Below are positions 56,326 through 63,964 of a DNA stretch of 64,000 bases, piece by piece; positions within the stretch are counted from its first letter, which is position 1; each line of letters opens with the position of its first letter. The DNA is from a virus. The stretch is from the IMG/VR virus record IMGVR_UViG_3300008267_000009, positions 36,564 to 100,563 of that record. One strand, written 5' to 3'. The position numbers were made by a program, and so were the translations under genes. The notes under the pieces are model-generated. The model did not search any database. It saw only the letters and a program-made list of their open reading frames with translations, and was not told where the DNA came from.

Positions 56326-56664
56326 ATGAATACTTTCATTGTTGCTATATTATCTGTTTTAGGTTTTTCTGCTTATAAGAAAGCAAATGATTTTTTTTCT
56401 AAAAATGTTTTAATGGTAGTTGATAAAAACGATGTAGAGCCATTTTTAGAAGACAATGACTTAGAAATAAGCAAGCAAAATATGGAAGCTATGGACTTAA
56501 GGGGAAACCCTACGCATGAATGTGTATGCGGCTCTGTAATATGGAAAGTTCATGCACAATTTGATGATTATCAAATAGCTCAGTATTTTCTAGATATGGA
56601 ATGTGCCAGATGTGGATCTTTGGCAACAGCACCAACCCCACTAGACAGAGAGATACAGGAATGA
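56326..56664 (+). CDS. Membrane-anchored Zn-ribbon protein (leaderless)
   Basis: N-terminal hydrophobic helix; CVCG...CARCG; TATAAT-6-ATG. Confidence 0.65.
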   Translation: MNTFIVAILSVLGFSAYKKANDFFSKNVLMVVDKNDVEPFLEDNDLEISKQNMEAMDLRGNPTHECVCGSVIWKVHAQFDDYQIAQYFLDMECARCGSLATAPTPLDREIQE

Positions 56665-56822
56665 GAAAGTCTGAAAGACTAAGAGAACTTGAAATTCAAA
56701 TGGCTGTTTTATCAGAAAGAGTCGGAGTTTTAACAGAAACATTACTTAATTTAATAGAGATTAGAAAGCTTGAGCGTAAAGAGCTTGAGTCTGGTAAGTG
56801 GTATACAAAGCCAAAAGAATAA
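56661..56822 (+). CDS. Small coiled-coil protein
   Basis: MRKSERLRELEIQMAVL; coupled. Confidence 0.55.
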   Translation: MRKSERLRELEIQMAVLSERVGVLTETLLNLIEIRKLERKELESGKWYTKPKE

Positions 56823-56861
56823 GTTGTTGACAAGCTTGTACCTATTTAGTAGAATGAGTCT

Positions 56862-57806
56862 ATGAACAAAAAAATAATGGCGGTATTCGCCTCACTAAGC
56901 GTAATATTATCTCAATATTCTTATGCTGGTAACGCAGCAGTAAAGAATAACACAATCAATACACCATCGCTAGCCATACTTGATACTGGGCTAGACACCT
57001 CATTGCCAATTTTTTCAGGCAAAGTAATCCATGAAGTTTGTTTAATTGGATGGAGCACATGTCCAAATGGTTCAGGATACCAAGAAGGTTTGGGAGCTTC
57101 AGTAGTAGATCGTAAGTTTATATCTACAAACGAATTTTCACATGGAACACAAATGGCATCTGTTGCTGTCAATACTAATCCAAACATGAACATTGTTTTT
57201 ATTAGAATAGTTGGGCATACTGCCGATGGCAGGAGACAAATAGTTCCAGACAGCACAATTGAAAGTGCATTAAACTGGGTGGCAACAAATAAAGACAAGT
57301 ACAACATTAAAGCAGTCTCTATGGCACAGGGCTCTATGAGTAGACACTCACGATCTGCAGATTATTGCCCTAAGATTTCAAATGTGGATCTAGCAATAAA
57401 CAAGCTGTCTTCATTGGGAATCCCTGCATTTTTTTCAGCAGGAAATAATTTTAATTACACACAAATTAATTGGCCAGCCTGTGTGCCATCAGCAATTGCA
57501 GTTTCTGCAACTGACCAAAGAGGCGGTATCAATAACTATACAAACTATGATAAAAACCTAACAGATATTTTTGCCCTTGGCGAAACAAATGCAACTTTGC
57601 CTGGTGGTAAAATTTCTAGAGTTTCTGGAACTTCTGTTTCAGCTTCAATTGCTGCTGCAAACTGGGTAAAGCTTGCAACTGCAAAACCACTTTTATCGTA
57701 CTCTGAACTTTATGCTCTAGTATTAAAAACTGCTGGAGAAACTAAAGGTTCAAAAATTCCTACAGTTAAAGCACGATTTGATATTGAGAAGGCTATAAAT
57801 GGCTAA
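56862..57806 (+). CDS. Secreted subtilisin-like (S8) serine protease (leaderless)
   Basis: Signal peptide; ILDTG, HGTQMA, SAGN, SGTS; TTGACA...TAGAAT-6-ATG. Confidence 0.9.
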   Translation: MNKKIMAVFASLSVILSQYSYAGNAAVKNNTINTPSLAILDTGLDTSLPIFSGKVIHEVCLIGWSTCPNGSGYQEGLGASVVDRKFISTNEFSHGTQMASVAVNTNPNMNIVFIRIVGHTADGRRQIVPDSTIESALNWVATNKDKYNIKAVSMAQGSMSRHSRSADYCPKISNVDLAINKLSSLGIPAFFSAGNNFNYTQINWPACVPSAIAVSATDQRGGINNYTNYDKNLTDIFALGETNATLPGGKISRVSGTSVSASIAAANWVKLATAKPLLSYSELYALVLKTAGETKGSKIPTVKARFDIEKAING

Positions 57807-58011
57807 TCAGCATACCGTACTTGAAGGCATTGTAGAAAGCGTAACAACTGATCTATACAATCAGTGGGTAGTTGCGCTTCCACAATCAGAAAAAACTGAA
57901 GAAAAGTTTAAATCATTGCAAAAAAATGCTCATGACACTACATTATTTATTATTCAAAATTTTATGGATAGATTTAATGCAGCAGCAGAAGAGCTAAAGG
58001 ATAAAGAATAG
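57799..58011 (+). CDS. Hypothetical helical protein
   Basis: Coupled ORF. Confidence 0.6.
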   Translation: MANQHTVLEGIVESVTTDLYNQWVVALPQSEKTEEKFKSLQKNAHDTTLFIIQNFMDRFNAAAEELKDKE

Positions 58012-58015
58012 AGAC

Positions 58016-58324
58016 ATGATGATTAATGTTAACGACAGTGATTTTGATGCAGTACTAAAGTCACATAATCTAATTCTAATAGACTTTTGGGCAGAATGGT
58101 GCAGACCATGTAAAATATTTTCTCCAATATTAGATGAAATATCAGAAGAATATGGAATCTGGGTTGGGAAAATAAATGTTGATGATAACCCTATTAAGTC
58201 CGTAGAGTATGAGGTTGTTAGCATTCCAACAGTTATTCTTTTTAAAGATGGAAAACCAGTCAAGAGAATAATTGGAGCTAAGCCAAAACACTCCCTAATT
58301 AAGGAGTTAAAGGAATGGCTATAG
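58016..58324 (+). CDS. trxA: Thioredoxin
   Basis: DFWAEWCRPCK, SIPT, GAKPK. Confidence 0.92.
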   Translation: MMINVNDSDFDAVLKSHNLILIDFWAEWCRPCKIFSPILDEISEEYGIWVGKINVDDNPIKSVEYEVVSIPTVILFKDGKPVKRIIGAKPKHSLIKELKEWL

Positions 58325-58509
58325 AAGATTTTGATTCAGATAATGCTGAATTTGAAATTTGGATAAAGAACGGTTATGATAGGGGCTGGATTTCAGATGT
58401 GTTTTGTAATACACACGAAGGTCCACCATTATCAGAAGAAGAAATTAAAGAGTGGGATGAAGGCGGAGATCCGTGCTCTTTTCAAGTCAAAGTAAATATG
58501 CTAAACTAG
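58315..58509 (+). CDS. Hypothetical protein
   Basis: GWIS..FCNTHEG...GGDPC; AAGGAG SD. Confidence 0.65.
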   Translation: MAIEDFDSDNAEFEIWIKNGYDRGWISDVFCNTHEGPPLSEEEIKEWDEGGDPCSFQVKVNMLN

Positions 58510-58556
58510 GATTCCACGCTCATTCAGAGGTGGATAAATTAAGGAGAATATATTAA

Positions 58557-59615
58557 ATGAAGTCATTTAAGAAGATCGCTCTTGCAATGGTTGCAGCCGT
58601 TGCTATGGGTACACTCGCAACACCTGCAAGTGCTGCGCCAATGGTTGTAACTTCTGTTAAGAAGAACACTGGCACAGTGGCATCGCCGACATGGACAGCA
58701 CAGACTGCTGGAACATCGGCAACATCACCAATTACAATTCCAGTACCAACAGATAACTCTGTTGACTCACTAGATGTAGTTGAATTTGTAGTAACAGTTG
58801 ATACAGGAACAGCAGTAAATGTTTCTGCAACTAATGCAGTAGTAGTTTCAGCATTTGCAACTTCTACAGCACCAGTAACAGCATCTTCAGGTTCAGCAAC
58901 ATGGAGCCTAAATGTTGGTACAGGAACAACAGCAACGTTTTATGTATATACTAAAACGACAGCAGTAAGCTCTGTAGCAATTACAAATCAGGGCACAACT
59001 GTAACATATTTCCTACAAGGAACATCTACTCTAATCGATAAGATTGCCGTAACTGGTGTAGATTCTGCTCCAGCAGGAACATCTGTAACAGTAACAGCAA
59101 CAGCACAGGACGTATTCGGAAATAAGATTTCTGGAAAGACTCTTAATGCAATTGCAAATGGTGCAACTCTTGATACAGTAACAGTAACAACAGGAGCAAC
59201 ACTAACAAACTTTGGATCAGCAGACGTTAAGTTTGTTGCCCCAGCAACAGGTCCAGTAACAATTGTATTCTATGCTGCAGCAGCAGACATGGCAGCAGCG
59301 GTTACAGGATTCAGCACACCTTCTGCATCATCTGTAAAGATTATTGCAGTTCGTGATTTGGCTGGAGATCTAGCAGCACTTACAACACAACTTGCAGCAG
59401 CAAATGCTGCTAAGTTAGCAGCAGAGGCATCTCTAGCAGCAGAGAGAACAGCACTTGCATCAGCAAAGGCAGAACTTGATGCTCTAAAGGCTAAGGCTAT
59501 TGTTGATAAGGCAGCAGCAGATCTTGCTAAGGCTACATACGTCAAGGAATACAACGCCCTTGCTAAAAAGTGGAACGCTAAGTTCCCTAAGCTTAAGGTA
59601 ACACTTAAGAAGTAA
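58557..59615 (+). CDS. Secreted Ig-like surface (S-layer-like) protein
   Basis: MKSFKKIALAMVAAVAMGTLATPASA signal; Thr/Ala/Val beta domains, DVFGN motif; C-terminal coiled coil and basic tail; strongly biased codons. Confidence 0.75.
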   Translation: MKSFKKIALAMVAAVAMGTLATPASAAPMVVTSVKKNTGTVASPTWTAQTAGTSATSPITIPVPTDNSVDSLDVVEFVVTVDTGTAVNVSATNAVVVSAFATSTAPVTASSGSATWSLNVGTGTTATFYVYTKTTAVSSVAITNQGTTVTYFLQGTSTLIDKIAVTGVDSAPAGTSVTVTATAQDVFGNKISGKTLNAIANGATLDTVTVTTGATLTNFGSADVKFVAPATGPVTIVFYAAAADMAAAVTGFSTPSASSVKIIAVRDLAGDLAALTTQLAAANAAKLAAEASLAAERTALASAKAELDALKAKAIVDKAAADLAKATYVKEYNALAKKWNAKFPKLKVTLKK

Positions 59616-59619
59616 TTTA

Positions 59620-59655
59620 ATATGTGGGGCAGGATAACTTCTTGCCCCACATATT
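59620..59655 (+). terminator. Strong terminator hairpin
   Basis: ATATGTGGGGCAGGA-TAACT-TCTTGCCCCACATAT. Confidence 0.8.
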
Positions 59656-59676
59656 TATAAATGATACAATAAACTT

Positions 59677-59826
59677 ATGGAACCCAGTGTATATGAACTA
59701 GAAAATTATTTTAAAGAAAAATATACAAAGCAAATATTAAAAGAAATAAAAGACTTTGAATTACCAGAGCACTGGAATCCAAAACAAGTAATAGACTATA
59801 TTACTTATAAACTAGATCGGAAATAA
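59677..59826 (+). CDS. 49-aa microprotein (leaderless; not in track)
   Basis: TGA-TACAAT-6-ATG; ...FELPEHWNPKQVIDYITYKL. Confidence 0.65.
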   Translation: MEPSVYELENYFKEKYTKQILKEIKDFELPEHWNPKQVIDYITYKLDRK

Positions 59827-59827
59827 A

Positions 59828-60022
59828 ATGTTTAAGAAACTAAGACTATGGATGCTTGAGCAGCAGGTTAATGCCATTGTTGCACAAGATTCAGGAAAGA
59901 AGGAATCTACCGTGGCAAAAACTACAAAGAAGACTGTAGCTAAAAAGGTGGAAAAGAAGTCAGAGGCTAAGAAGGCTCCTGTCAAGAAGACTGCACCAAA
60001 AAAGACTACAAAGAAGAAGTAA
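59828..60022 (+). CDS. Lys/Ala-rich histone-H1-like small protein
   Basis: AKKAPVKKTAPKKTTKKK tail. Confidence 0.65.
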   Translation: MFKKLRLWMLEQQVNAIVAQDSGKKESTVAKTTKKTVAKKVEKKSEAKKAPVKKTAPKKTTKKK

Positions 60023-60026
60023 TACT

Positions 60027-60161
60027 ATGTCAGATATCCCTGTAGAACACGAAAATATAATTCGTGAAAAGGTTATTCAAAGTTTACTTGCTCTAACTAT
60101 ACCTCCATCATGGAGCCCAGACTTTACATTAAGGTATATAATTAATTATATAGGAGCTGAT
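60027..60161 (+). CDS. 44-aa microprotein, paralog of 59677 ORF (not in track)
   Basis: ENIIREKV...LTIPPSWSPDFTLRYIINYI. Confidence 0.55.
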
Positions 60162-60168
60162 ATTAAAC

Positions 60169-60915
60169 GTGATTAAAGAAATAACTACAGGGATATTTGC
60201 CATTGAAAATTATATAAGTTTAGATACATGTAAATTTTTAAGCAATTGTTTTGATTTATCTATAACTCCTACTAGCAGAAAATCGATTTATGCTGGACCA
60301 TCTTTTTCAGAAAAAAATCCCAAGCAGGGATTGTCTGATGGACAAAATTATTTTAAATATGATCAAGCCGAAGGCAATTCCTTAGAAGCATCTAACTATA
60401 AAGTAGGCTTGGATTTATTGGCTGGGATTGCAGATAGAACTGCAAAGACAATTTCTCATCATTATAATGGAGACTATTACCTAAAAAGTATGTTTTGGAG
60501 CAGGATGTTGTCTGGAGCGAAAAATACTTTACATATGGACAATTGGTATGAAACATCAGACGGTAATTTAAAGCCAAGACCGTTTAATAAACACGACAGA
60601 TCAGGCCTCTTGTATTTGAATGATGATTTTGAAGGCGGAGAAATTAGATTTATAAAAAATGATTTTAAGATTAAACCAAAGCCTGGTACATTCATATTCT
60701 TTGAAGGAAACTTAGACTCGGCACATGAAGTTTTAGAGGTTACTTCGGGTATTAGAAACAACATTATATCTTTTTATGGAGATAATGAATTTTATACCTC
60801 TGATACAAATATACAAATAGAAAACCTAGAAATTACAATAGATGAAGTTCAAAGCACCGAAGAAAGCTTAGCAAAAATTAAGCAGATTATAGAGGACTAT
60901 GACCAATACGTGTGA
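60169..60915 (+). CDS. 2OG-Fe(II) oxygenase (prolyl-4-hydroxylase-like)
   Basis: LHMD, LYLNDDFEGGE, AHEV.EV.SG.R. Confidence 0.88.
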   Translation: MIKEITTGIFAIENYISLDTCKFLSNCFDLSITPTSRKSIYAGPSFSEKNPKQGLSDGQNYFKYDQAEGNSLEASNYKVGLDLLAGIADRTAKTISHHYNGDYYLKSMFWSRMLSGAKNTLHMDNWYETSDGNLKPRPFNKHDRSGLLYLNDDFEGGEIRFIKNDFKIKPKPGTFIFFEGNLDSAHEVLEVTSGIRNNIISFYGDNEFYTSDTNIQIENLEITIDEVQSTEESLAKIKQIIEDYDQYV

Positions 60916-61015
60916 AATAAAAGGCTGTGATAAGCCTGCTACAAGGCTTACAAGTACCGAATCTAACTATATAGAGATATGTGAAGGCCATTGGTACGAG
61001 AAATACAGAAAATGA
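60899..61015 (+). CDS. 38-aa Zn-finger microprotein (not in track)
   Basis: CEIKGC..PAT...ICEGH; GAGG SD. Confidence 0.6.
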   Translation: MTNTCEIKGCDKPATRLTSTESNYIEICEGHWYEKYRK

Positions 61016-61077
61016 TATAATAGAGGGATAGATAGACTTCTAGACCTATCTAAATAAAAACCTATAGGAGAAATAAA

Positions 61078-61224
61078 ATGTCAGACGGAAAGAATTTAAC
61101 AGGCTTTAACGAAACAAAGCCAGGAGCAACAAACAGCTTGGGAGAGCAGTACGCTGCAGATCCAAAGTCAGCATTCCCATCAACAGATGTATCAAATCAG
61201 GCATCAGCACAGGGACCAAAGTAA
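61078..61224 (+). CDS. 48-aa disordered microprotein (not in track)
   Basis: TGA-TATAAT promoter, leader hairpin, AGGAG SD; MSDGKNLTGFNETKPG... Confidence 0.7.
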   Translation: MSDGKNLTGFNETKPGATNSLGEQYAADPKSAFPSTDVSNQASAQGPK

Positions 61225-61227
61225 ATC

Positions 61228-61386
61228 ATGTGCGTTGAATGCGGTTGTGAAAGCATCGGAAGCGAAACAGGTATTGCAAATATTCCTGGCGGCATCCTTG
61301 ATGTTACAAGAGATGGGGAAGCAGGATTAACATTAAATATGTCAGCAACTCCAGAACAAAGAGAAAGATTTATATCTGGTGAGTGA
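61228..61386 (+). CDS. 52-aa microprotein with N-terminal CxxCGC (not in track)
   Basis: MCVECGCESIGSETG... Confidence 0.65.
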   Translation: MCVECGCESIGSETGIANIPGGILDVTRDGEAGLTLNMSATPEQRERFISGE

Positions 61387-61567
61387 TAACGGAACTGGTA
61401 TGGGAACCCCACCTAATCCATCACCATCGGGTGCGGTAACAAGTAGAGAAGCTACTAGAAAGAACCCAAGACAGGGTTTAAAAATAGATACAAATAAACA
61501 TGGTATACGTAGAGAAACATCTCTAATTCCAAAAGCGCCTAGAAAAACAAGGCCTAAAAAGGTATAG
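61379..61567 (+). CDS. Small basic disordered protein
   Basis: Coupled GTG start; Pro/Arg/Lys-rich. Confidence 0.55.
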   Translation: MSDNGTGMGTPPNPSPSGAVTSREATRKNPRQGLKIDTNKHGIRRETSLIPKAPRKTRPKKV

Positions 61568-61577
61568 TATATAAAGC

Positions 61578-61608
61578 AATTCCCCCCTATTACTTAGGGG
61601 GGAATTTC
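61578..61608 (+). terminator. Terminator hairpin
   Basis: AATTCCCCCCTA-TTACT-TAGGGGGGAATT. Confidence 0.75.
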
Positions 61609-61621
61609 ATATTAGGACAAT

Positions 61622-61714
61622 ATGTGTAAAAATTGTGGGAACTGTTCAAAAGAACATAGCGGAAGAACAATCGATGATTCAATAGATGAATCAGAAGCTA
61701 GTATATTGGTTTAG
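61622..61714 (+). CDS. 30-aa Cys-rich micropeptide (not in track)
   Basis: MCKNCGNCSKEH...; AGGA SD. Confidence 0.5.
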   Translation: MCKNCGNCSKEHSGRTIDDSIDESEASILV

Positions 61715-62007
61715 TTGTCTTTAGTAACGGCACGTTCAATTCTATCAATTGAATCACGCAATGAAGATCCGCCGTTGTTAAATAGTTCAGCTTTAATAAT
61801 TGCAAGCTCAGCATCTATTTTTTCAAAATGCTCTTGACCGTCATTTAGCCTCTTAGTAATACCTGGTTTATCTTCTGTGCCGTACCAATCATCAATAAAC
61901 TGAAACCAAGTTTTAAATAGCTTTGAAACTTTGTTAATTATGTATATAAGAGCCGAAAGGGCGGCTCCTATCAAAACTATCCATTGTAGAGGGTTCATGT
62001 TACTCAT
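61711..62007 (-). CDS. Single-TM coiled-coil membrane protein
   Basis: TM helix, NGGSSLRD motif typical of actinophage lysis-region proteins. Confidence 0.7.
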   Translation of the reverse strand: MSNMNPLQWIVLIGAALSALIYIINKVSKLFKTWFQFIDDWYGTEDKPGITKRLNDGQEHFEKIDAELAIIKAELFNNGGSSLRDSIDRIERAVTKDN

Positions 62008-62110
62008 AATTGTTTAATTATACATTCCTAGTATACTCAATGCAATTAACTAAAATTGCTCAACAGACATTATGGTTGACAAGGATCTGTATAAATTATA
62101 TAATTAAGAA

Positions 62111-62284
62111 ATGCTAAATATTATTGAAAAAATTGTGTGCTTATTTAAAGGGCACGACACTCGGTTTGCTGGGAATTGCCCGTATACCAGAAGGTCCTAC
62201 AACGCATGCCTAAGATGCGGTAAAGTATCCGATCAGGGGATAGTGTTTGATCTTACAGAAGAAATAGATAAAGAGGAAGTATAA
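62111..62284 (+). CDS. 57-aa Zn-binding microprotein (leaderless; not in track)
   Basis: TTGACA-17-TATAAT-6-ATG; CLFKGH...CPY...CLRCG. Confidence 0.7.
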   Translation: MLNIIEKIVCLFKGHDTRFAGNCPYTRRSYNACLRCGKVSDQGIVFDLTEEIDKEEV

Positions 62285-62285
62285 A

Positions 62286-62672
62286 ATGATATACCACAAG
62301 CACCTTTTGGTTAATGCTAAGGTCAACTCACCAATTAGAACTGAAGAAGAAGGAGTGGCATTCTTAGAAAACCTTGTGAACAAAATTGATATGAAAATTA
62401 TCAAAGGACCATTTGCCAAGTTTGTAGATAATGACGCAGAGGGAAACTCTGGGTTAACAGCAATAGTTATGATCGAAACAAGCCACATAGCATTTCATAT
62501 TTGGGACCAGGTAAATCCAGGACTGTTGCAGTTTGACCTATACACATGCGGAAAGCTAGAACTAGAAAAGGTTATAGGATTAATTAAAGAAAGATTTGAT
62601 ATTGTATCTATGGACTATGTATTGTTTGATAGAGAAAATGGATTTAATGTGGAAGCGCAGGGTCAAATTTAA
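62286..62672 (+). CDS. speD: S-adenosylmethionine decarboxylase-family pyruvoyl enzyme
   Basis: HLL, GLTAIVMIETSHIAFHIW, DLYTCG. Confidence 0.85.
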   Translation: MIYHKHLLVNAKVNSPIRTEEEGVAFLENLVNKIDMKIIKGPFAKFVDNDAEGNSGLTAIVMIETSHIAFHIWDQVNPGLLQFDLYTCGKLELEKVIGLIKERFDIVSMDYVLFDRENGFNVEAQGQI

Positions 62673-62812
62673 TGCCAGCAATGTGCCATTGCAATATGTC
62701 TAGAAACTACCCGTTTTGTGACAATACACATAAAAAGATAAGCCCACAAGGCACTGTAACTCCAGAAAAATCTGAAGGATTTCCTAGTCCAGAACAACCA
62801 CAAGAAGGCTAG
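62672..62812 (+). CDS. CDGSH-type [2Fe-2S] microprotein (not in track)
   Basis: CHCNMSRNYPFCDNTH fits C-x-C-x2-S-x3-P-x-C-D-G-[ST]-H with G>N; coupled to speD. Confidence 0.75.
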   Translation: MPAMCHCNMSRNYPFCDNTHKKISPQGTVTPEKSEGFPSPEQPQEG

Positions 62813-62886
62813 ACGTAGTATTTTTTTTTAGTGTATAATAAGGAGAGAAGACTGGGATCACAGTCATAAACAATAAGGAGAAACTC

Positions 62887-63087
62887 ATGAGTCTAGAAGC
62901 AACTTGGTCAGACAAGATCGGAACCTGGGAAGTCGACGTTCCAGGCAAGAAGTTCGTTCGTAAGGACGCAGAAGGCGCAGCTAACGGCGAGGTAACATTT
63001 GATTATGTCGCTGAAACAGATTGCCCACAGTGGTTCAAGGACCACCTTGCTGCTAATGCACCAGCAGAAGAACCAGCAGCAGAATAA
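62887..63087 (+). CDS. Small acidic protein, likely highly expressed
   Basis: Own TATAAT promoter, leader hairpin, AAGGAG SD, biased codons. Confidence 0.7.
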   Translation: MSLEATWSDKIGTWEVDVPGKKFVRKDAEGAANGEVTFDYVAETDCPQWFKDHLAANAPAEEPAAE

Positions 63088-63102
63088 GTAAACTGTTTTA
63101 AG

Positions 63103-63140
63103 TTAAGGCTAGGGAATAACTCTCTAGCTTTAATTATTTA
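63103..63140 (+). terminator. Terminator hairpin
   Basis: TTAAGGCTAGGGA-ATAAC-TCTCTAGCTTTAA then T-rich tract. Confidence 0.7.
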
Positions 63141-63160
63141 TATTAGAAATATAGTGTATT

Positions 63161-63322
63161 ATGACCGAATATAGTGAAGCGAAAAGTGCGGCGGCGAGAG
63201 AGATGAATTCAGATCAATTCGACGATGAGTATGACCTAGATAGGTCTATGCGTCTTAAGATCGCCATAGAGAAGGTATTTGAAGAAAATGCGGATCTCTT
63301 TGAAAGGCTTAAAAATGAATGA
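63161..63322 (+). CDS. 53-aa microprotein (not in track)
   Basis: MTEYSEAKSAAAREMNSDQFDDEYDL...LFERLKNE; start uncertain. Confidence 0.45.
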   Translation: MTEYSEAKSAAAREMNSDQFDDEYDLDRSMRLKIAIEKVFEENADLFERLKNE

Positions 63323-63419
63323 GCCTAAAATAATGAAAATGGACTGGCGTCCATTGGGATATTGGCCAGTTTATAGGGATGGAAGATTAGAGTGGGAAAA
63401 GGATCCAGATAATGATTGA
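63315..63419 (+). CDS. 34-aa Trp-rich microprotein (not in track)
   Basis: MNEPKIMKMDWRPLGYWPVYRDGRLEWEKDPDND; coupled both sides. Confidence 0.55.
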   Translation: MNEPKIMKMDWRPLGYWPVYRDGRLEWEKDPDND

Positions 63420-63750
63420 AGCTATTGTAAATAGGATTATGAGATGGGACTCACTGAGAAATGCTGTATTTGATGAAGTCAATATGTATAACTCATTAAC
63501 TAGAATAATTAATGATCCAGAGTCCATGAAAACAGCAGCAGCATATTGGGAAGAAAAGGCGGGCTGGAAGGGCTGGAATACCAATAATAACAAGTACTAC
63601 TTTAATGATATAGAAGAGAATACTATAGGAGATGCAATGGAAGCACTTGATATAATGTCTAATAGATCTATAGGATACTCTACAGGCAAATGGTCAGATG
63701 ATGATGATATTCATCCAACAATTACTCCCTTGTTTGGACCTAATAGATAA
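63412..63750 (+). CDS. Hypothetical protein
   Basis: 112-aa coupled ORF. Confidence 0.6.
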   Translation: MIEAIVNRIMRWDSLRNAVFDEVNMYNSLTRIINDPESMKTAAAYWEEKAGWKGWNTNNNKYYFNDIEENTIGDAMEALDIMSNRSIGYSTGKWSDDDDIHPTITPLFGPNR

Positions 63751-63786
63751 ATCTAGTTGAGTAAAATATTATGCTATAATCAGATT

Positions 63787-63945
63787 ATGGGCATATTAGA
63801 TAATTTAGAAGCTTACCTTGAACACCAAGACAAATGTGTCTATTGTGGAGAAAAGGCTTTGTATACACAAATAGGACAAGTAGGTAGAATCTACCGTGTT
63901 GTCGATGTGTGTAAGAAGCATTTCATCCAAGATGAACCTTCATAA
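63787..63945 (+). CDS. Small Zn-finger protein (leaderless)
   Basis: TGC-TATAAT-6-ATG; MGILDNLE...CVYCG...VCKKH. Confidence 0.65.
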   Translation: MGILDNLEAYLEHQDKCVYCGEKALYTQIGQVGRIYRVVDVCKKHFIQDEPS

Positions 63946-63964
63946 ATAGAGATATAATAGACTC

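Noticed and set aside
63172-63203. GC-rich AGTGAAGCGAAAAGTGCGGCGGCGAGAGAG as repeated regulatory motif
   Set aside because: Only one copy seen in this window and it can be read as coding (SEAKSAAARE); worth rechecking only if it recurs outside the window.
220-63593. Numerous minus-strand ORFs in the track (e.g. 1018-1317, 2991-3239, 42147-42614, 51774-52259, 59270-59650)
   Set aside because: Antisense shadows of well-supported plus-strand genes with no motifs or start signals. Only 46307-47942 and 61711-62007 are credible minus-strand genes.
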